A stretch of DNA of 64,000 bases, taken from positions 61,019 through 125,018 of the forward strand of contig CAWELA010000004.1 in the NCBI GenBank assembly GCA_963809885.1, written 5' to 3'. Positions 57,617-64,000 of the stretch are shown here, in pieces. Within the stretch, counting starts at the first letter, position 1, and each line of letters opens with the position of its first letter. The DNA is from an uncultured Acidimicrobiia bacterium (GTDB taxonomy: Bacteria; Actinomycetota; Acidimicrobiia; IMCC26256; PALSA-555). The position numbers and the translations under genes were made by a program. The notes under the pieces were generated by a model, which saw nothing but the letters and a program-made list of their open reading frames with translations, was not told the DNA's origin and did not search any database.

Positions 57617-57704
57617 CCCTCGCCGTCGCTGCTGGGCGACACCGTACGCGACTTCGCCTCGCACGTGTCCCACGGCGAGCGGGGGAGGTAGTGCCCGACG
57701 GCCG

Positions 57705-58451
57705 CTACGCGTCGGCGAGGTCGCCGCGGGCGACGACCGGACCGGTCGGCTTCGCGCTCCCGCCGACGGGCTCGTCGGTGACGGCCATGCCCGACATCGG
57801 ACCATCGGCGTGGAAGACGCGGGCGCGGGCACCGGGGCCGAACGTGCCGAGCGGGACGGAACCGTCGTCGGAGAGGGCCCACAGCTCGTAGGTGTGGCGG
57901 TCCGAGAGCGTCGGCAGGTCGGCGGTCAGGATGCCGGTCCCACCGGGCAGCACGACGGCGGTCGCTGCGACCCTGCCATCGTCGTCGCGCAGCGGCAGCT
58001 TGGTGGCGCCGGGCGTGGTGCGGGCCGCGCGCGCCGCCGCCGCCAGCGCAGTGTCGCTCACGTTGGTGTCGTCGACAACCGCACTGCGCACCCCGCCGAC
58101 GAGTACCACGACCGCGAGCACTGCCGCGGCGATGGCCGATACGCGTGCCGTCGTGCGGGTGATCGACCGGCGCGTCGAGAGCTCGACCATGTTGCTCGAC
58201 ACGGTCTCGACTGCGGTCAGATCCTCGACGTCGAGCCGGGAGGCGATCCTGTCCCACGCCTCCTCCGGCGGCCGCTCGCTCGACTGGGCGAGCCACGACG
58301 CGCCGAGCTGCAGCGCGTGCAGCTCGGCGCGCGCGTCGGCGTCGGTGAGTACGTGCGCCTCGACCTGGCTGCGCTCGTCGGCGTCGAGCGCGTCGAGTGC
58401 GTAGGCGCCGAGGAGCTCGCGCACCTCTTCGGGGATCAGCTCATGCGCCAT
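57705..58451 (-). CDS. rskA: anti-sigma-K factor RskA-like membrane protein
   Basis: ORF-track 248 aa. The N-terminus is ...ELLGAYALDALDADERSQVEAHV..., followed by a single TM helix (VSAIAAAVLAVVVLVGGV). The C-terminal RskA-like domain reads ...TYELWALSDDGSVPLGTF...MAVTDEPVGGSAKPTGPVVARGDL. Confidence 0.75.
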   Translation of the reverse strand: MAHELIPEEVRELLGAYALDALDADERSQVEAHVLTDADARAELHALQLGASWLAQSSERPPEEAWDRIASRLDVEDLTAVETVSSNMVELSTRRSITRTTARVSAIAAAVLAVVVLVGGVRSAVVDDTNVSDTALAAAARAARTTPGATKLPLRDDDGRVAATAVVLPGGTGILTADLPTLSDRHTYELWALSDDGSVPLGTFGPGARARVFHADGPMSGMAVTDEPVGGSAKPTGPVVARGDLADA

Positions 58452-59041
58452 GACTCACCTCCGGGATCGGCCGCGCCGATGTCGACCGCGAGGAGCCGGT
58501 CGCGGAGGCGCATGAGGCCGGTGCGGATGCGCGTCTTGATCGTGCCCTCCGGTTGATCGAGGATCAGCGCGACCTCGCGATAGCTGTGCTCGCCGAAGTA
58601 CGCGAGCTCGATCGCGTCGCGCTCGCCGTCAGAGAGGGAATCGAGAGCTTCGCGGAGGTGATCGGCGAGCGCAGCGTCCCACACGGCGCGCTCGACGTCC
58701 TCGGGGTTCGGCCGGGCGAGCTTCGTGGTGCGGTCCTCGCGCCCGCGCCGCGCCGTGTCGCTGCGTACGACCTCGATCGCACGGGCGTTCGCGTCGATGA
58801 GGAGGTACGAGCGGAGCGTGCCCCGCTGGGCGTCGAACCGCTCGGGGCTGCGCCAGAGCCGGAGGAACACCTCCTGCATGATCTCCTCGGCGAGGGCACG
58901 GTCACGGAGCACCCGGCGGGCGACGCCGAAGACGGACGCGGAGTGGCGCTTGTAGGCCTCTTCGAGCGCGTCCGGCCGTCGGGCCACGATCTCCTCGGCG
59001 AGGCGGGCGTCCCCGAGCGCTCCGACCGCTTCGAGATCCAC
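58436..59041 (-). CDS. sigK: ECF (group 4) sigma-70-family RNA polymerase sigma factor, SigK-like
   Basis: GTG 59041 lies inside ORF 58436..59527. Region 2 is ...FGVARRVLRDRALAEEIMQEVFLRLWRSPERFD.... Region 4 is ...LSDGERDAIELAYFGEHSYREVALILDQPEGTIKTRIRTGLMRLR.... It overlaps the anti-sigma gene start by 16 nt. Confidence 0.85.
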   Translation of the reverse strand: MDLEAVGALGDARLAEEIVARRPDALEEAYKRHSASVFGVARRVLRDRALAEEIMQEVFLRLWRSPERFDAQRGTLRSYLLIDANARAIEVVRSDTARRGREDRTTKLARPNPEDVERAVWDAALADHLREALDSLSDGERDAIELAYFGEHSYREVALILDQPEGTIKTRIRTGLMRLRDRLLAVDIGAADPGGESWRMS

Positions 59042-59048
59042 ACCCCAT

Positions 59049-59076
59049 CTTCGCGGCGGAGGGCTTCGGTGGATGG
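59049..59076 (-). promoter_or_regulatory. candidate ECF/SigK-type autoregulatory promoter CCATCC-16 nt-GCGAAG
   Basis: The minus strand reads ...gcgCCATCCaccgaagccctccgccGCGAAGatggggGTG. The -35 is at 59071..59076 and the -10 at 59049..59054. As I recall it, the mycobacterial SigK consensus is CCATCC-N16-CCGAAT. The -10 ends 7 nt before the GTG start, so the transcript may be leaderless. Confidence 0.4.
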
Positions 59077-59105
59077 CGCTTGTCCTCGGGCCGGGCCGGC
59101 GGCCC

Positions 59106-60077
59106 TCAGGTGGTGCGGACGGCTGAGGCGACCACGTCCCAGATCTTCGCCCGGTCGACGGGCGACTCCGTGGTCCCCGGGAGGCGGTGGGTGCCGCGAG
59201 GACGGCGGTCGAGCCAGAAGCGGCCGGTGGTGCGAACCGCATCGGCCGCGACCGCGAGCCACACGATGGTGTCCGCCCCCTCGTCCGGCGAGCGGAGCCG
59301 AGGTCCGAGCACACGCTCGAACTTCGGCAGCGAGTCGTGCACACCGGGGGTCGCGGCCCAGCCCGGGTGCATCGCATGGAAGACGATCCGGCGGGCGGGG
59401 TCGCGCTGGGCCCAGAGCTCGTTGAGCACGACCTGCGCGCGCTTGGCGCGGGCGTACGCGACGCTGCCCCGGTACTCGTGCTCCGACTCGAGGTCGTCGA
59501 CGGCGAGCCGTTGGGTGTACATGCCACCAGAGGACACGGTGATCACCCGTGCGTCGCCAGTGCGCTCGAGCAATGGTCGGAGCCCTTCGGTCAGCGCGAA
59601 GGGGCCGAGCACCATGGTTGCGTACGTCATCTCGTGGCCGTCGACCGAGAGGGTGCGCTCCGCGAGCAACGCGCCCGCGTTGTGGACGAGCACGTCGAGG
59701 CGGGGTTCGCGCTCCAGCACCTCGGAGACGAGACGGCGGACGTCCGCCAGGCTCGAGAGGTCGGCGAGGTAGGTCGCGACGTCGGCGCCGGGCGCATCGG
59801 TCTCGACGGTGGCGCGAGCAACCTCGGTCTTCGCGGGATCACGGCCGACGAGCCGCACCGATGCACCCATGCGGGCGAGCTGTCGGACCGCGGCGAGGCC
59901 GAGGCCGGATGTGGCACCGGTGACGAGGATCACGCGACCGGTCGCGTCGATGGTCTCGAGGTCGTCCCAGTCGCCGAGGTGGCGCCGGACGTCGATTCCG
60001 ATGTCGGTGAAGCTCCCGACGATGGTCGCCTCGAGGGCTGCATCGGCCAGGCGTCGGAGCGGGCGGGCAAGGTCCAT
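59106..60077 (-). CDS. short-chain dehydrogenase/reductase (SDR; retinol-dehydrogenase/DHRS12-like)
   Basis: ATG 60077 lies inside ORF 59106..61274: ...RVILVTGATSGLGLAAVRQLA...LVHNAGAL...VSSGGM...YARAKRAQV.... 323 aa. Confidence 0.85.
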   Translation of the reverse strand: MDLARPLRRLADAALEATIVGSFTDIGIDVRRHLGDWDDLETIDATGRVILVTGATSGLGLAAVRQLARMGASVRLVGRDPAKTEVARATVETDAPGADVATYLADLSSLADVRRLVSEVLEREPRLDVLVHNAGALLAERTLSVDGHEMTYATMVLGPFALTEGLRPLLERTGDARVITVSSGGMYTQRLAVDDLESEHEYRGSVAYARAKRAQVVLNELWAQRDPARRIVFHAMHPGWAATPGVHDSLPKFERVLGPRLRSPDEGADTIVWLAVAADAVRTTGRFWLDRRPRGTHRLPGTTESPVDRAKIWDVVASAVRTT

Positions 60078-60128
60078 GGTGATGCGAACACCTCGGGTCG
60101 CCGTGGCACTCCCGCCTAGCCTTGGCCC

Positions 60129-61428
60129 GTGCCGGAGCGCCTGAACCCGACCGAAGCCGCCGCGAGGGTCGGCGCCCGGGACGTGCTGGCGATCCCGCTC
60201 GGGCCGGGCCAGCCGAGCAAGTTCCTGCAGGCGCTGGGAGAGCGGGACGACTTCGAGGACCTGGTGGTCCACGGCGCGCTGCTCGTCGACCTCTACGCGG
60301 TGTTCACCCGGAAGGGCGTCCGGTTGCGCAGCGGGTTCTTCGGTCCCGCGGAACGGTTCCTGCGCGACGCCGGTCACGACGTGCAGTTCGTCCCCGCCGA
60401 CTTCCGGCGCTTCTCGCTGGTCGCGCGGCGCGTCCGGCCGCGGGTCGTGGCGACTGCGGCGAGCACGCCCGATGCCGACGGGTACCTCAGCCTCTCGCTC
60501 CACGCGGGTGCGACCGTCGACCTGATCCGCGAGGTGGGCCACGATCCCGACCGTGTGCTGATCGTGGAGGCGAACGCCCGCTTGCCGCGGACGATGGGCA
60601 TCCCGCCCGAGTACCCGAACGCGATCCACGTCGACGAGATCGACGTGCTGGTCGAGGTCGAGTCCGATCCGTTCGTGATCCCCGATGGCGACCCGACGGA
60701 TGCAGAGCGGGCGATCGCCGAACATGCGATCCAGTACGTGCACGACGGCTGCACGATCCAGACCGGCATCGGCGGGATCCCGAGCACGATCGCCAGGCTG
60801 CTGTCCGAAGGTGGCGGCGGCGACTACGGCGTCCATTCGGAGATGTTCACGACCGGGCTCATGCACCTGCACGAAGCGGGCAAGGTCACGAACCGCAAGG
60901 GCAGTCGGTTCGACGGATTCTCGGTCACCACGTTCGCGGCAGGGACGGCTGAGCTCTACGAGTGGCTCGACGGCAACGCTGACGTCCGGTTCCTCCCCGT
61001 CGACGCGGTGAACACACCCATGCTCATCGCGGAGAACCGCGACATGGTGACGATCAACGGCGCGCTGCTCGTCGACCTCGAGGGACAGGTCGCGGCCGAC
61101 TCGCTGGGCTCGCGGCAGTACTCGGGGATCGGCGGCCACGAGGACTTCGTGTCGGTCTCGGGGTTCCAGCTCGAGGACCGCGCGCTCATCTGCGTCCCGT
61201 CCGCGTCGAACGTGCAGGGACAAGCTGGTGCCGCGCATCGTCGACCGGTTCCCCGCCGGGACCGCAGTCACCACGCCGCGGCATCACGCCGACGTCGTGA
61301 TCACCGAGTTCGGCTCGGTCGAGCTCGCAGGGATGACGGTGCGCGAGCGGGCCGCCGCGCTTGTCGAGATCGCGCACCCGCAGTTCCGAGACGCCCTGCG
61401 CGAGTCCGCCGACCGCGACTTCACCTGA
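60129..61428 (+). pseudogene. acetyl-CoA hydrolase/transferase family protein (4-hydroxybutyrate CoA-transferase-like), one frame break as assembled
   Basis: ORF 60129..62453 carries the N-terminal 360 aa (...GCTIQTGIGGIPSTIA...HSEMFTTG...GSRQYSGIGGHEDF...ICVPSASNVQG). The protein continues in ORF 61228..61428 (KLVPRIVDRFPAGTAVTTPRHHADVVITEFGSVELAGMTVRERAAALVEIAHPQFRDAL...*). The break is at about 61219. Confidence 0.8.
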
Positions 61429-61432
61429 TCGT

Positions 61433-61495
61433 CCGCCTCGGGCGGGTTCTTGGCACGTCGACACGCGCGCATGCGTGTACGCAGCGTGCCAAGAA
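61433..61495. terminator. compound stem-loop between convergent genes: small GC hairpin + T-tract, then a nested 11-bp/6-bp inverted repeat (candidate bidirectional terminator)
   Basis: CCGCC-tcg-GGCGG (61433..61445) is followed by gTTCTT. Then TTCTTGGCACG (61447..61457) pairs with CGTGCCAAGAA (61485..61495) and encloses ACACGC (61461..61466)/GCGTGT (61473..61478). Confidence 0.5.
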
Positions 61496-61511
61496 ACCTG
61501 GCGAGTCGGGA

Positions 61512-62390
61512 TCAGGCGAGGTCGGCGAAGCGGGGGAGGCCGGGGCGGGCGCCGGCGAAGAGGTCGGCTTTCGCCTCCGTGAGATCGGCGGGGCGCCAGG
61601 CGGGGTCGAGCTCGACGCGGCCGTTGACCGTCAACGGGCCGATCACCCCGACCTTCCATCCGACGACGAGGAAGATCTGGCCGGTGACGTCGCCGGCGTC
61701 GTCGGTGCAGAGCCAGGTGACGAGCTTCGCCGCGTGGGCCGGGTCGTACGCGTCGGGCCCGGACTCGGGGGCCGTGAACAGCTCGACGCCTTCGGTCATG
61801 CGCGTGCGGGCTCGCATCGCGACCGCGTTCACGGTGACGTCGTACTTCTCGAGCTCGGCGGCGAGCTCGAGCGTCAGTCCGACGATCCCCGCCTTCGTCG
61901 CCGCGTAGTTGGCGTGCCCACGGCCGGGGAAGAGTCCACCTTCGCTCGTCGTGTTGACGACGCGACGCCCTGGCACAGCCCCGTGCTCCCGCCAGTACGC
62001 GCCGGCGAAGCGCATCGGCGCGAAGTGACCCTTGAGGTTGGTGGCGACGACGTCGTCCCATTCGTCCTCGGTCATCTTGAAGCTCATGCGGTCGCGGGCG
62101 ATGCCCGCGTTGTTCACCAGGATGTGGAGGTCGCCGAAGGTGTCGATCGCGCACTGCACCAGCGACTCGGCGACGGACCACTCCGACACGTTGCCGACGT
62201 GCGCGGTCGCCTCGCCGCCGGCAGCACGGATCTCCTCGACGACGGTGTCGGCGGCGTCTCGCGATCGGTTGTTGACCACGACGCAGGCACCGGCAGCGCC
62301 GAGCGCCAGAGCGTGCCCGCGTCCGAGCCCGCGCCCGGCGCCGGTGACGATCGCGACCCGCCCGGCGAGGTCGCGTGTGCGGTCGTTCAT
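61512..62390 (-). CDS. short-chain dehydrogenase/reductase (SDR) with C-terminal extension
   Basis: ATG 62390 lies inside ORF 61512..63608: MNDRTRDLAGRVAIVTGAGRGLGRGHALAL...LVNNAGIARD...NTTSEGG...YAATKAGIVGLT.... An ATGA overlap joins it to the upstream LLM gene. Confidence 0.85.
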   Translation of the reverse strand: MNDRTRDLAGRVAIVTGAGRGLGRGHALALGAAGACVVVNNRSRDAADTVVEEIRAAGGEATAHVGNVSEWSVAESLVQCAIDTFGDLHILVNNAGIARDRMSFKMTEDEWDDVVATNLKGHFAPMRFAGAYWREHGAVPGRRVVNTTSEGGLFPGRGHANYAATKAGIVGLTLELAAELEKYDVTVNAVAMRARTRMTEGVELFTAPESGPDAYDPAHAAKLVTWLCTDDAGDVTGQIFLVVGWKVGVIGPLTVNGRVELDPAWRPADLTEAKADLFAGARPGLPRFADLA

Positions 62391-63436
62391 GCCGTGGCTT
62401 TGGCGACCGCCGCGGTGACGGCGCGCCAGCGATCGAGGGTGCCGTCGCCGTAGGACCAGCCACCCGTCGCGTCGTACATGACGACGCGGTCCGCGACGCC
62501 GTGGTACTTCCCGACCAGCTCGTCGGCGAGCGTGTCCCAGGTGGCGGTGATCGCGTACACGTCGAGCATGTCGTCGGTGATCACCTTCGCCATCCCGGCG
62601 AGGTCGCCCTCGCGCTGGAGCGCGTGCAACCGGTCCGACGTGCCCTCCCAGCCGTGCACGTCGAAGACGCCGGAATAGGTGCGCGTCGAGCCGTAGAACG
62701 CGAGCCGCAATCGCGTCTCGTCGCGCGCCTTCGCGAGCTCCTCGTCGGTCTCGCCGATGATCGCCATGATCGGGCAGACGATCTGCACGTCGCCCGCATC
62801 GCGTCCGGCCTTCGCCGCGCCGTCGCGGACCGCCGGCAGCACGACCTCCTCGAGGTAGCGGGTCGAGTGGAGCGGGTGCACGTGCACGCCGTCGGCGACC
62901 TCGCCCGCCATGCGCGCCGACCACGGGCGGACCGCGGCGACGTAGATCGGCGGCGCCGACACATCGATGGGACCGGGGCTCCACATGCGGGGGAGGAGGT
63001 CCATCGACCAGAAGTCGCCGTGGAAGTCGAGGGGCTCCTCGTCCTGGAACGCCCGGAAGATGGCCCGCAACGCGAGCACGTACTCCCTGAGCCGGGCGCC
63101 GGGGTGGTCGTAGGTGACGCCGTACCGGCGCTCGATGTGCGCCTTCACCTGGGCGCCGAGCCCGAGGACGAATCGGCCACCGGTGGTCTCGGCGAGCTCC
63201 CAGGCGAGCTGCGCGGTGACCATCGGGCTGCGCGGGAACGCGAGCGCGACCGCGGTGCCGACCGTGAGGTCGGTCGGGGTGAGAGCGGCCGCCGTGCAGC
63301 CCGTGTACGCGCTGCGTCCGCTCTCGGTGAACCAGAGCCCGTCGAACCCGCAGTCGGCGACCTCGTTCGTGAGGTCGGTGACCTGGCCGAGCGGGCGTCC
63401 CATCGCGATGGTGTCGATCTTCACGGGCGACATCAT
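62387..63436 (-). CDS. LLM-class (luciferase-like), probably F420-dependent, oxidoreductase
   Basis: ORF-track 349 aa: ...GFDGLWFTESGRSAY...GTAVALAFPRSPMVTAQLAWELAETTGGRFVLGLGAQVKAHIERRYG.... Confidence 0.8.
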   Translation of the reverse strand: MMSPVKIDTIAMGRPLGQVTDLTNEVADCGFDGLWFTESGRSAYTGCTAAALTPTDLTVGTAVALAFPRSPMVTAQLAWELAETTGGRFVLGLGAQVKAHIERRYGVTYDHPGARLREYVLALRAIFRAFQDEEPLDFHGDFWSMDLLPRMWSPGPIDVSAPPIYVAAVRPWSARMAGEVADGVHVHPLHSTRYLEEVVLPAVRDGAAKAGRDAGDVQIVCPIMAIIGETDEELAKARDETRLRLAFYGSTRTYSGVFDVHGWEGTSDRLHALQREGDLAGMAKVITDDMLDVYAITATWDTLADELVGKYHGVADRVVMYDATGGWSYGDGTLDRWRAVTAAVAKATA

Positions 63437-63510
63437 GGCAGCGGATCGCCGCCGGGGCCCGTTGCCGTACGCTTGGGGTGAGCGTGCCGAGCAAGGCCAG
63501 ACGCAGGGGG

Positions 63511-64000
63511 ATGCCGTCCGTGGAGTTCGATCCGCTGTCGCCGGACTTCTTCGACGACCCGTACGACACGTACCGGTGGCTGCGAGACGAAGCGCCCGTG
63601 TACCACAACGAGCAGTACGGGTTCTGGGCCCTGTCCCGCTACTCCGACGTCGTCGCGGCGCACCGCGACTGGAAGACGTTCAGCAACGAGCACGGCCTCA
63701 CGCTCGACCAGCTGACCGATCCCGACGCGGGGGTCAAGGGCACGTCGATCATCATGATGGACCCGCCCGAGCACGACCGGATGCGCAAGCTCGTGAGCCG
63801 GGTGTTCACGCCGCGCGCCATGGCGGCACTCGAGCCGATGGTGCGCGAGGTGATCTCGTCGTACCTCGACCCGCTGGACGACGCCGAGTCGTTCGACGCC
63901 GTGGCCGACTTCGCGGCGCCGTTCCCGGTCGAGGTCATCTCGGCGATGCTCGGCGTGCCGAAGCCGGACCGTCAGCAGATCCGGCACTGGACCGACCTGA
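63511..64000 (+). CDS. cytochrome P450, 3'-truncated by the window edge
   Basis: ATG 63511 follows CAGGGGG: MPSVEFDPLSPDFFDDPYDTYRWLRDEAPVYHNEQYGFWALSRYSDVVAAHRDWKTFSNEHG...IIMMDPPEHDRMRKLVSRVFTPRAM...PFPVEVISAMLGVP.... Absent from the ORF track because no stop is reached. Confidence 0.85.
   Translation, partial: MPSVEFDPLSPDFFDDPYDTYRWLRDEAPVYHNEQYGFWALSRYSDVVAAHRDWKTFSNEHGLTLDQLTDPDAGVKGTSIIMMDPPEHDRMRKLVSRVFTPRAMAALEPMVREVISSYLDPLDDAESFDAVADFAAPFPVEVISAMLGVPKPDRQQIRHWTDL

Noticed and set aside
1638-57691. Many long alternative-frame or antisense ORFs: 1638..3545, 6994..8556, 15320..17245, 17847..19664, 18965..20818, 22887..25103, 34380..36881, 46677..48509, 49933..51747, 52394..54595, 55235..57691
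   Set aside because: All overlap genes with clear family signatures on the other strand or frame. All have the Arg/Gly/Pro/Asp-rich, motif-free composition expected of stop-poor shadow frames in GC-rich genomes.
124-61428. Programmed ribosomal frameshifting or transcriptional slippage as the explanation for the frame breaks
   Set aside because: There are 39 events in unrelated genes, with no shared slippery heptamer or stimulatory structure. Up to four occur in a single small gene, and some are compensating pairs. Sequence indels, whether errors or mutations, are far more parsimonious.
1-64000. Search for CRISPR arrays, tRNA/rRNA genes, transposases/integrases, prophage genes, toxin-antitoxin pairs or recognisable defence systems
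   Set aside because: I found none by eye. Apart from the single two-copy 18-nt-period repeat at 27840..27873 there are no regularly spaced direct repeats. There are also no cloverleaf-like or rRNA-like stretches and no DDE/tyrosine-recombinase, nuclease-helicase or small paired ORF signatures. A tRNAscan/Infernal/PADLOC-type scan would be needed to exclude them formally.

Overview
GC-rich (judged by eye, not computed) bacterial chromosomal segment. It is most likely actinobacterial: it has a mycothiol-type maleylpyruvate isomerase, F420/luciferase-like oxidoreductases, a SigK/RskA-like sigma/anti-sigma pair, PaaX regulators and frequent GTG/TTG starts. I resolve 59 protein-coding loci (first and last truncated by the window) in about 15 operon-like blocks, many joined by 4-nt ATGA/GTGA start-stop overlaps. 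The content is mostly aromatic-acid and acyl-CoA catabolism:
- a fused indolepyruvate:ferredoxin oxidoreductase, a Rieske oxygenase, tandem bicupins and three HSL-type esterases;
- five kinds of CoA-activating enzyme (PaaK-like, benzoate-CoA-ligase-like, FadD/CaiC-like, ADP-forming ACD-type, CoA-transferase);
- a beta-oxidation-like operon headed by a small cupin and an R2lox/AurF-like di-iron protein;
- a LivJHMGF-type ABC importer with a TetR regulator;
- a complete gentisate pathway (hydroxylase, gentisate 1,2-dioxygenase, mycothiol-dependent isomerase, FAH hydrolase) and two PaaX regulators;
- an envelope block (secreted DUF3089 lipase-like protein, secreted beta-propeller protein, YceI);
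- an ECF sigma/anti-sigma operon with a large kinase-like/flippase-like membrane protein;
- a right-end SDR / CoA-transferase / F420-LLM / P450 block.
I recognised no rRNA, tRNA, CRISPR array, transposase, integrase or phage gene. The most conspicuous property of the raw sequence is that 24 of the 59 genes cannot be read in one frame. There are 39 frame breaks, and 34 behave as single-base insertions. I label these genes pseudogene 'as assembled' but suspect indel errors. I did not find a defence-type or otherwise clearly new multi-gene system. The best novelty candidates are the R2lox-like di-iron protein inside an aryl/acyl-CoA operon, the SigK-type operon with a probable pseudokinase-flippase membrane protein, and several recurring AT-rich operator-like motifs. 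All family calls rest on by-eye motif recognition, not database searches. Frame-break coordinates are approximate (about +/-15 nt).
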